From: Pocillopora damicornis
Lineage: Eukaryota
NCBI RefSeq assembly: GCF_003704095.1
Contig: NW_020847374.1
Coordinates: forward strand, 1-64,000
Reading direction: 5' to 3'
DNA length: 64,000 nucleotides
The notes under the pieces are model-generated. The model was not told where the DNA came from. It ran no database searches and was given only the letters and a program-made list of their open reading frames with translations. Positions 34,663 to 45,541 of the stretch are shown here, piece after piece. Position numbers and translations under genes: made by a program. The number at the start of each line of letters is the position of its first letter. Positions within the stretch are counted from its first letter, which is position 1.

Positions 34663-37600
34663 ATGGAATTTGTTCCAACACCGCTGGAATTTGATGTATC
34701 CCCAAATTTCGGATTTCTTCCAGAGAGGGAACCTCTAGTAAGTACATAAGTCTCATCGTTGTAAATTCTTTCAAAGGGAAGACGTCGCTAAAAAAATGAC
34801 TGGCGAGCCTGTCTTCGCGAAATGTTTGTGAGGATCTCGTGAGACCTGAACAGTTTGATATTTCGGCCCGTTCACAACGATGACTGAAAACCTTGAACTT
34901 TTCAACAGATTTGTTGTGTTTGTTCCTTCTTGCATTTTCTTATATTTACAGTCATTTAATTGATCAATGTAGCAATGCTTGCCAGAATACTTCTCTCCAT
35001 GGGAAAAATTAGCCAGAAATTTACCTCAACTGGTTAAAGAGGGAGAATTTTTTCGTCAGCAGATCAAACAAGTAAGTAAGGAATCAGATCCGTCACTCGT
35101 AAATGTTGCTTTTGCCAAATGCTGGGAGTTTTCTTGAATTAAATGATACAACACTCTGGGCAAAAGATTGGCATACTGGAATCCTGTTCTAGAGATGGGG
35201 GTTCAAAACTTTGGTGGGTCATTGAATTGTGTTCTTGGGTAAGGCTCATCATAGTCAGGAATTTTCAAAGGGAAGGTTCTCATTAGTTTTCACCACCTGA
35301 ATATTGTAGGTTGTTTGCTTTAGAAAGGCTTATGAAGGAGGGTTATGGACACCCCTGGACCCTTCCCTCCCTAGTTACCCCCTTGTTCACTAACTCTTAC
35401 AGTGCCTCACTCTGCCCAGAAATTTTAATGTGCACCAGTGAACTGTCAGGGAAGCCTGATAAAATGGTGGGGGGGAGGAACTTGCAAGGGACTGCAAGGA
35501 AAAACTGCTGATCACTTCATGCTACAAAAACTGAGCTAAGTCCAAACTGGACGGGCCACTTGGTACACATGCATGTAGACTATCCTTACAATTTTATACC
35601 TGTTCAAATGTTTCTAATTGGATAGTTCAGTATGTTATATTAGAACACAGATCATGAAGAGTCAACAATTGCCAGGCAGTAAACGTTTTTGATAGCTGTT
35701 TTATTGCTGAATGATATTGTTTTTATTCCATAGCTCCCTTTGTTGGACCATAACAAACTTTCATCAGAAGATGAGTGGAAGAGAGCTCAATTAGTTCTTA
35801 CATGCATATCCCATGCATATGTATGGTGCAAAGGAGAGAGGGGTGTTGCCAAGGTGAGATCATAATTAGAGAGAGCAAAATTAACCCCCCTCTGGAGTGG
35901 CAAAGGAGAGAGGGGTGTCGCCAAGGTAAGATCATAATTAGAGAGAGCAAAATTAACCCCCCTCTGGAGTGGCAGCATGTAAAAAAGTCAGCCTCAGCTG
36001 GAGTGAGCATTGCAATACCCATTAAATGGCCATGCCCTTTAACTAGAAAGGGTTATGCCCTTCAACTACTTAGACAAAACTCTGTTAAATGGGAATAAGA
36101 AAGGGTTTCCCATTTAACTGTTTGAAATTTGATTTTTAAAATTTGATTGGAGTTAAACTTAACTGTGTTTCAAAAAATCTTCTTGTTTGTGTTGGTAATG
36201 ATTTTGATATTTGGTTTGATTTGTGTTTTCATGGCTGGTTTCAGATTCTTCCAAAGTCATTGGCTGTTCCTTGGGTTTCAGTGGCTAAGCATCTAGGTCT
36301 GCATTGGCTCTTTTAGTATTTCATGCATTTATTAAATGCCAATATCATATGCAATATAATATTTTGGCTGCATAGTAACTTTCTGTTATTTCTGCTCTGT
36401 TTTACATACAATTAGCTTATTTTTCTGTTCAAATTTATATCAACGACCCCTTTATTGCCCCTTTAACTCTTAAACTCCCAGAAGTGATTAACATCTAACT
36501 TCTCCTCACAGCATAAATACTTTATCTAGCAAAGTTAAACAAGAATACTCAAACTTATCTGCTAGAAGTTTTTATCATAAATCTAGCCTCAAATTCTCAT
36601 AACTATTTTACAGGGAAATGTGTTGTAGCTAGAGGGGAGACTAAACAATCAGATCTTGGGTGTTAAAGAGTTAAGTAATCAGTCTTTTGATCCACACCCA
36701 TTTCCACCCCTCCTCCAGCCCTGTCATTTTAAGTGCTAGTTGTTGGATTCAGGCAGCTTGCCAGAAGGAGAGGAAAAAATCTTCCAGTTGGAAAAAACCT
36801 AGAAGGCCATAAGAATTAAGCCTGATTTTCTACCATGGAGGGGCAATGGCCCCTTATTGGTAATCATGGATTTTTGAATGGAGGGTTGACACAAACAGAT
36901 TTATTATATCTGAAATATGTTTCAGTGAAACTGCATGATCAGCTGGTGTAGTCATGGTTTGGATTTTTCTGAAGGTCTCCTTTCTGTTTCTGTTAGCAAT
37001 TTGTCTATTTTGGATTGAAAAACAACTTTCCTCTTGTTTTTTAGCCTGAGTGGATGGTGCTGAAATATGTGGTGGGAGGGATGGGGAAAAAGTAATTTAT
37101 TTTACTGTTATTTTTACATTACTTTAGATATTCCTCCTGTGTTAACACACTCAACATTTGCACTTTATAATTGGAGATATATTGACCCCAAACGGTAAGC
37201 TTAGTCAAGTTTATAAACCAGAATTTCCTGTGTTTTAATTTGAAAATTTTATGATGAACACCAACTCTGAAGTTTGAATTCACTTTATCCATGAGCATTT
37301 ACTGAATATCAAAATTTACTTTTAATTCTGCTCAATTAAGTCAGATGTTCTGCACACAACTCATCACCCTCCAGTTGTTTTCTCCTTAGGAACTAACATT
37401 TCCCTTTTAAGAGGGGTAGGGGTGTGGTATTTAAAAGGCACTGGGGTTGATCAACTGACCTCTAGGAACAATGTACATTCTTATAATTTCCAATAGTATT
37501 AGTATGATTATATTTGCAAATAACAATAAACTTATCATTAAGTAAGGTTACTCTTAGGAATAATAATAGCACTTTGATAATTGTCACAAATGGGTGGCAG

Positions 37601-40600
37601 TTAAAATAGACAATTTATGTTTCAAACTGATTTTTTGTGCCTGCTGATAATTGTATTTCTTTCCCTTTTTTTTGGATCATCATTTAAAAACTGGAGGCCT
37701 TTCAGCATGGAGTAAGTATTAACCCTTTACACCCTGACATCATTATGCATATTCTCCATACTGTTCACAGTACACTTCCTAAAGGGGCTGACAAAGAGAA
37801 TTTGTTCAACAATCAAAAGCCTCTTTAGTTACTGATCATTTCCTTTACTGTCGTGACCTTCATGTGTGATTCAGGGGTTATATTATAATAAGGAGGTCAA
37901 CGGATTGATTATGGCAAATTATCACCATATGTAGATCAACACCTGTTTTGAGTGACAGCATTTATCATACTCTTTCACAGATGGGGTAGGGATAGTATGA
38001 ACATCATAATTTTTATTGAATGCCTATAATCAATTGAATTATCAGCATGTAGCATGATTAACATAGAGACCTTTTAAAAAAAATTTTGGAATTGCTTGAA
38101 ATCTCTATACAACATCTGAGACTCTCAAGGAGTCTGAGAGAATATTTCAGTGGAAATTCTGGAGAAATTGTTTAGGCATATAGCTAAGGGGTAGTTTATA
38201 TACTTATTAATTCCTATTAATTCTCTTTTCCTTTTTTTGTTTTTGTTTTTTCTTTTTTCTGTGACAAAATTGTTGTAATTGAAGCTGTATATACTTCAAA
38301 GAATGTAACTCCTTCTGATGAATTCTTGTTTCAGAAACATTGAGCTTTCAGTTAATATCACTGGATCACAGACAGAAGAAGGGTTTCTTAAAGTTCCTCT
38401 TCAGATGGAGGCAGAGTTTGGAAAAGGATGCTTTGTAGGTCTAGTTATGAAATCACCCCAATTTGAGTTCATTACCACTCTGCAAGGATGAATTGCTGAA
38501 CACCAAATACAGAGTAAATTAATTCTAAATATTTGTTTTAATTTCATAACATCCAGCTCTTTTAATTGTGTTAATTTTTAGAGCATTACCAGTGGACAAA
38601 AGGTAAGAAAATTGGCCCCGATGCTACAACTTGATAATTATTAACACAAAGGAGCACACCTCATCACAGGTAACCATTATCTGTCAATCATAGGAAGATA
38701 TTTTTCTATTTTATGAACCACATTTGTAAACTTTCGCTGCTGACAATGAAGGACTGAGAAGGGTCAAACCAGCTGTGATCTATGCACTACATGTATTTGC
38801 TTGCTTGGGCTACCTTCAGGTCATGGAGGACTTTTTACCTAAGTACTAAGAGTAATCTGGGATTGCAACCATTCTTCCACATTCTGCTTGCATGGTTAGT
38901 CCAGAAAACTTGTGCTACCCTCTTAGAAGAAAACTACCAACCAATTGTGCCTTTGTTGTTCTCTTACATTTCTGGCCCTTGAGGCACTCCTGTCATTGTC
39001 ACAAATCAGGGAGGGTAGTTACTAAAATTTCCTAATCCTTTTTTCATTTGTTTGTTTGGTTTTTTTTTTGCCAGGCTGTTGTAAATAATGACACCGAAGG
39101 GGTGTTGAAAGCCTTGATGTCATTAAAAGAAACAATAGTCCAGCTTAAGAAATCATTTTTACGTATTTATGGTTGGTATCAACCTTTCTAGCTACTTTGT
39201 AAAATAATTGGCTCTTAAAGCTATTTTAATTGACTGTTAAAAGTCATGATCTTGGACTGTATTCATGTGGTTTTCATTTAATTGTACTTTACTCTTAAAA
39301 AAAAAAACTCCCACCTTTATGTTAACTAAATGAAATTCAAATTCAACTAAAACATTAATCGCAAGTTGTCCACAAGTGTTACCTCCCTGACTTTAGTCAA
39401 ATTGCCTGTTTTTTCTAGGAAAAAATTCTGACTGGATCCTCAACAGGCCATAACATCAGCATTCATATTCTCTATACCCTTTTCTATGCATTTCTTAACA
39501 TGCTTACAAGGAGAATTTGTGTAACAATGAGGAGCTTCTTTAGTTGTTGATCAATTCCGTTATTCTATTGTCCTTAATGTGTGATTCAGATGTTATCTTC
39601 TCTCTGCCTTAAAGTTGATGTTTGACTTTTAACAAAAAAAAACTGTATTTAAATATGGACTGGGAGTCAATGTTTTGTCCATGGACTGGGAGGGTTGTTA
39701 CTAAAACAAGGAATGACCTAAAATGACCTAAAATGACCTTGAGTGATTTCTTAAATGACTTAAAATGACCCAAAATGACCCAAAATGACTTTGACTGATT
39801 TCTAAAATGACCCAAAGTGACCTTGAGTGATTTAAAAAATGACTTAAAATGACCCAAAATGACCTAGAGTGATTTCTAAAATGACCTAAAGTAACCAAGT
39901 ATGCCCTTGTGTGATGTGAACAATGCAGCGTCGAAAAAATCTGGATTGGTTGGATCGGATCGGATCGGATTGTTCATTTCGGTTTGCGGATTTAATTTTA
40001 CATGGTTTAGCATTTGGTTTTCGGTTTTCCTCAAAATCCAATCCAATCGGGTTTTCCATTTTTTTCCGGTTTGTCTTCGATCTGACCGCCAAATAAGCAC
40101 CTCCACTGATCTCGAACAGCCGCAAGACGCAAATGGTATTGAGAGGAATGCGTGACAAGGCAACTGTCGCTAAAATAACCTCTCGTTGGTTGAATATTGT
40201 AGGGATCCGTAGGAAGTCACGCGTCTCGAATAACACCCGAGACTTTGACTTTGCAATGTGGAGCACATAGGTTGATTCGTTTGCAATCTGTGGCTTCCAA
40301 CGTGCCTCACGCGTCAGCAACGGAAGAAGCTCAAGAACCTTAAGAAGCAACTGTGGATTGTGTCGTGTTTTTCTTACCTGACTGATGGAATGATACGTAT
40401 TTCTCGCTTGCCTTCGTTCATGGTGGCACTACACAACACTCCTCGACAGAGCCATGAAAGTGACTACATGGGGTTTTTGGGCAAAAAAAAAAACTCTCAG
40501 TGGGGTCTGTGCTCTATTTTGCACAAAATGTCTAATTTTATGTTACATGATCCGATCCATGATCCGTGATCCGGTCCGTGATCCAATCCGTGATCCGGTC

Positions 40601-43600
40601 CGATATCCAATCCATGATCCGATCCAGTCCAGTCCGATCCGGTCCGATCCGATCCGATCCAGATTTTGTCGGGGCCACAAACTCGAGGTCATTTTAAGTC
40701 GTTTTAGGTCATTTTCGAAATCACTCAAGGTTATTTTAGGTTAATTTAGGTTATTTTAGAAATCACTCAAGGTCATTTTAGGTCATTTTAGGTCGATTTA
40801 GGTTATTTTAGGTCATTTTAGGTCGTTTTAGGTCATTCCTTGTTTTAGTAACTACCGGACTTGGGAGTCAGTGTTTTGTCCATGAACTGAGAGTCAGTGT
40901 TTTGTCCAACACCCTCATCATTGTAATTAGTTTTGAACTTCAAAGGTTTTTGTCATATTTCATTTGCAGATGTTTGTGATCCTGAGGAATTTTACAATGA
41001 ACTGAGAATATATCTTTCTGGGTAATCAATGGAGGTCGATGTTTATAGAGTTTTAGTGACTTTTTGGAAAATCTTGTATTTTATCACTATACATGAAACA
41101 AATTAAAGTTTACGTCAACTGATAGGTGCAGTTATATTACCTCAGACTGCTTTTCAAATGCATCCTCAGCAATAACAGCTCCCTTCAATTGGCTGAGAAT
41201 ATAAATCTGGTACAATAATGAGAAAAAATTTACCATAACTATAACTGTGGTTCAAAATGTCTCATCAGTTTAAATTTTTTAAAATCAATTTAATTAATAT
41301 ATTTCACTTAGGATGATTTTCAGATTATGATAAAGATAAAGTTGATAATTACTATGATTGTTATATAGAGGGTATTCCCCAAGACCTAACTCACTGTCTT
41401 GAGTGAATACTTAACATAAAATTGAAACCAGAAGCAAACAGTCAAACTGCTAAATTAAATAGAATTTAAATTGAACTCATGCATAGAAAATTGTATAGAA
41501 TATTTTATTAAACTGAACTCATGTATAGAACATTTTGTGTAATCTTGAAATTGGCGTTCTTTGAATTTCAGGTGGCTTAACAACCCAGCTTTACCAGATG
41601 GCCTTATTTATGAAGGTGTTAGTGAGATGCCTTTGCAAGTAAGTTGTTTATCTTGCCTATTTTCTGACAGTGCTAAGGCCCATGCATATATTGTCCTCCT
41701 CCTTTTCACCTTTCCCNNNNNNNNNNNNNNNNNNNNNNNNNNNNNNNNNNNNNNNNNNNNNNNNNNNNNNNNNNNNNNNNNNNNNNNNNNNNNNNNNNNN
41801 NNNNNNNNNNNNNNNNCAACCTTTGAGAAAATCAGACTGGTTACAAGTTGGTTATTGGTTTTGCTTTCCCTTATTTTGCCTTTGGAGCTCATTTGAGTCG
41901 TTCAAAAACTGAATATTTTTTTTCTGATCTTGATTTGCTCACATTCAGAATCAAGTTCAGGTGGTCAGTTTTTAGAAAGAATGTGTTACTACATGCCACC
42001 TAAACACCGTGCATTTATAGAGGCTGTGGCAAAAGGGCCATCAATCAGAAACTATGGTTAGTGTATATTTTATAGGCTTATGATGACAAAGCAAGAAGGG
42101 GCAGATCTAGGAAAGGGGTGAAGGGGTATACAACCCTCCCCCCCGAGATGATCTGCAGCTTTCTAATGTAACTTCACAGATACACATTACACATTTGTTA
42201 GTGGTGCACCCTCTGCTAAGAAAAATCCTGGATCCACCCTTGCAAGAGGACATATTTTTTGTTGGTTTTACTCATTGGTATTTTGTTTCTCAAACTTTAT
42301 CATTGTCTTCTTTGTAATGTGGGTAATAGGGCTTTTTCTCCTACAATACCATCCGTAACACTTTTTTTTTTTACTTAGTAATAATTTTCTCATGATAAAC
42401 TAATTGGGATTCAGCTAGGTGCTTGAAAACTCTGATTCTGATCATCACTCAATATGATTACAGTCCACCCAAATGGACACTATGTTTTCATGAAAACATA
42501 ATGATTGTCAATTACCTTTTCTCTAATCTGTGTACATATTCCATTCAAAATAGTCTTTGCAAGTGGAGACCCTGATCTCACTAGGGAGTATGATCTCTGT
42601 GTGGGAAAATTAACAGACTTTAGAAATGTGCATTTACAAGTTGTAGCCAGGTTAGTGGGTTGTAGCACACTAGATGGGGAGGCATGCTTCTCCCACAAGA
42701 GTATTTACTACCATTGTTATGGAGAATAAGGAATTCATGCATTTCCACTACAGCATGTTAACCCTTTGACCAGCATCCAATTTCTCCCTACATTATCACC
42801 CCTAAATCAAACATTTAGGTCACAAGAATAAAGAAAATGATCATCAACAAATGAAGCTCTTGATTGTTAAACAAATTCTCCTCATCAGCACCTAAGGAAA
42901 TGTATAGAGAACAGTATGAAGAATATGTGTTCTGAGACCACCCAAAACAGTTTAGGGTTTTAACAGTGCATTAGTGGTCACGTTACATTTCAAAGGCAAT
43001 AAAGATGCTTTGTTCATCTTTCAGTTATAATCACAAGTTTCAGGAATGCTTTTTCTCTAATAAAGGAATGCAGTTTGGCTCTCATAGCCAAATAGCCCCC
43101 CCCCCCCCCAGGAGAGGGAGGAGGGGTACCTGTAATATGGATGCAACATATTGGTTATCTAAGAGTTAATGCAGATATAGTCTTTCATGCAAACTTTTCT
43201 AGTAATTCCTGATTAATAAAAAATTTTCCATTCAGATCAGACAGATGTTGGAATGTTGGTGTTGATTATGATTGAAATCCACTTTTACTTAAACCATGTT
43301 ACTCCGAAGTTGAGTGTTAACTCTCCCCTCCAGCTGCTGCACATTTCCATGTAATTTAGTCACAAGGATTTGGTGTTAGATCAAGACAATAACTGCTTGA
43401 TAAGTTTGAGTATTTGCATGACCTGTTTGCTGAATAGTATAAGGATATCAAATGGGAGCAGTTACATGTGAAGCACTTCTGGGATTAGAGGTTAAAAATC
43501 TCTTTTGAGGATGAAAAAATTCAGCAGAAGTAATAATTCTGTTATTGTTGTTGTTCATATTTAAGCTTAATGCAGTTAACCTTTTGCTTGCTAAATGATA

Positions 43601-44220
43601 TGAGCATATACAATACACTATTCAATTTTTGCCCACATTATATTTAGATACATCGTTATTCCATCAAACAGAGGAAAAGATACAAAGCAGAAGGGAAAGG
43701 CCTTGATTGGCACAGGAGGGTCCGGTGAGGCATGGCTTCCTCTATCAACATTATGTTCACAGTCACAAGTTGAAAAATATTCATAATAAACTAGTGATAA
43801 TTGTAATTGGGTTATATTACCATGTTGTCATGTGGGAAAGTGAATAATCCATGCACAACTTATAATAATGGAACCACATTCTTAGCTAATATTTCACTGA
43901 CTCTCAATTGATATAACACCATAATATAATTCACAAGGCTGCCAGAGAATTAAAATTATCACAAGTTTACAATAAACCTACATAATTTGATTAACACATT
44001 AAAATTATACGTCAAAAAGGAAATGTTATGAAGCTTCCATCTACTGATGGCAAGTTTTTCTTTGTTTGTTTTTGCAGATCTTATGTCCTTCCTGAAGCAG
44101 ATTCGAAATGAAACTGCCAGAACTGTTAGTTGTAATAACAATATTGGAAGAGATTCCTCTCTTGAACTACAAAAGGAATTAGATGGAGTGTCAGATAATA
44201 CACTAATTAATGATGTGTGA
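34663..44220 (+). CDS. Indoleamine 2,3-dioxygenase (IDO2-like); one internal exon missing, presumably in a gap
   Basis: Exons 34663-34737, 34973-35071, 35734-35853, 36245-36296, 37128-37194, 37697-37711, 38335-38434, 38582-38602, 39075-39171, 40970-41021, 41572-41638, [gap], 41949-42056, 42554-42650, 43648-43724, 44078-44220. Motifs GFLPEREPL, HAYVW, LPKSLAVPW, PPVLTHS...NW, FYNELRIYLSGW..NPALPDGLIYEGV, YMPPKHRAFI, FRNVHLQVVARYI (proximal haem His), GTGGSDLMSFLKQIRNET. Confidence 0.93.
35170..35575 (+). mobile_element. Degenerate SINE-like repeat in IDO intron 2
   Basis: Possible B-box-like GGTTCAAA followed by TTGTGTTCTTGGG...ACTCTTACAGTGCCTC...CTTCATGCTAC...GGGCCACTTGG. A reverse-oriented 3' fragment may lie at about 12890-12970. 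Confidence 0.35.
35828..35974 (+). repeat. 72-bp tandem duplication spanning the IDO exon 3 donor site
   Basis: GCAAAGGAGAGAGGGGTGT(T/C)GCCAAG|GT(G/A)AGATCATAATTAGAGAGAGCAAAATTAACCCCCCTCTGGAGTG x2. Confidence 0.95.
36463..36674. mobile_element. TTAA-flanked MITE
   Basis: TTAACTCTTAAACTCCC...GGGTGTTAAAGAGTTAA; interior similar to the 31469 copy. Confidence 0.7.
39693..40856. mobile_element. Foldback/Mutator-like non-autonomous element with long modular TIRs (10-bp AAAATGACCT subrepeats)
   Basis: Left end GGTTGTTACTAAAACAAGGAATGACCTAAAATGACC..., right end ...GGTCATTCCTTGTTTTAGTAACTACC. Flanked by GGACTGGGAG (39683-39692) and GGACTTGGGAG (40857-40867), a probable ~10-bp target-site duplication. 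Confidence 0.8.
39927..40676. mobile_element. Inner inverted-repeat element with (GGATC)n/(GATCC)n arms, nested in the foldback element
   Basis: Left GCGTCGAAAAAATCTGGATTGGTTGGATCGGATCGG; right CCGATCCGATCCAGATTTTGTCGGGGCC (reverse-complementary). Confidence 0.65.
41717..41816. other. Assembly gap (100 N), probably hiding the IDO GGSAxQS exon
   Basis: The flanking exons end in phase 0 and resume in phase 1, and the conserved motif is absent from the visible sequence. Confidence 0.9.
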
Positions 44221-45541
44221 TGATGACTTGCAAGCTGACAAGTCTATCCAGCTTTTTGAGTGGTAAGCCCTGACCATGGGAGACTTCCACAACCAGGATG
44301 TACTTCAAATTCAAAGTCAAGACACTGACCAGACTTTTTTTTACCCTTTTTGAGTAATGTTTTTGGATAACAGAATGCAAATTAGTTTATTGTGTTGTTG
44401 TTTTATATTTTAACAAGGAGAGAGGTGAAATCTAGAGAGCAGATTTTCAATTTGAAATTTCATTTTTTCATTTTCCTTCATTTCATTTTTTTCATATTGT
44501 TTAAGTTTAAATGACACTTTCAAGTTAAAATTAGTTTGTATGTATCAAGGTATTATTAAGCTTTTTATGAAAGAAATGGTTTCAACTTGTTAAGCAATCC
44601 TCATACCGGCTGAATTTTCAAAAATTCCAAGCGATTTTAGGCAAGAATAAGAGGTACAACAGGCAGTAAATTGAACAGGTTACCACCTGAAAAAATAACA
44701 CATTGGAAGTATGGGGATATTTATAGGGGACAAATTTCTATCTGAGTGGCCAAAAAAATCTACTACCTCAATTTTGAACAGTGACCAACAGTGACCAACA
44801 GTGACTAACTCGAAAGCTCATTGGCTACTTTGGTCACTGTATACAATTAAATATTCTTTCTTCTAGTTAATTTCTGTTTGTATTTTTTCTATATCATTGT
44901 AAATCATGTTATGTTAAGTTACTTTTTTCTGTAAACAGTGTGAAAAAACAAAACTTGGAAAACTTGGAAACTTGAAAATACTTCCACCATTAAAAAAAAG
45001 ACTTCAGTTCCTCAAACAGAGAAGACAAATATTTTAATTTCAGTGCATACTGCTCTGTATAAATAAGTTAAGTTATGTTTAAACAACTGAAGAACTGATC
45101 ATCCACAGTGCAATATACTATTCCATCTATGTGGAAATATATTTGAACATCAATGCACACAGCTGTGTATACATAAATTAAGTTGTGTTAACATATAACA
45201 CTGAGGGTGTAATTACCTTGTTACCTTATAACTGAAAAATGCCATTTGAAAAGAAAACATTCGATTTTGCACTTCAGACGCTGAAGTGAATTGATCTCAT
45301 TGACAAATGTCACAGACTGAAGTAAATTTGATTATTGAATTTACATTTTACAAGAATAAATAGAAATCTTTTCATTTATCCTTATTCAAATGTTATCCCT
45401 TTGTGTGCAATCTCAAAGCTTTTGTTCCCTATCTAAAGAAATTCCTCAACAAATGGATAAAAAATTTTCATCAAAAATAAGACCTCGTAGAAATAAAGTT
45501 TAGCAATTTACTGGCTGAACAGTTGTGAATTTGCCTGCAAT

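Noticed and set aside
35775-36098. 107-aa ORF with a 24-aa repeat
   Set aside because: Off-frame reading of IDO exon 3 plus the 72-bp duplication.
39609-40744. Several repetitive ORFs (75-154 aa) within the foldback element
   Set aside because: Produced by 5- and 10-bp subrepeats; no transposase motifs seen.
41639-41948. Apparent frameshift or loss of the GGSAxQS motif suggesting an IDO pseudogene (likewise the missing GDE1-A exon 2)
   Set aside because: In both cases a 100-N gap sits exactly where the exon is expected, and all visible exons are intact.
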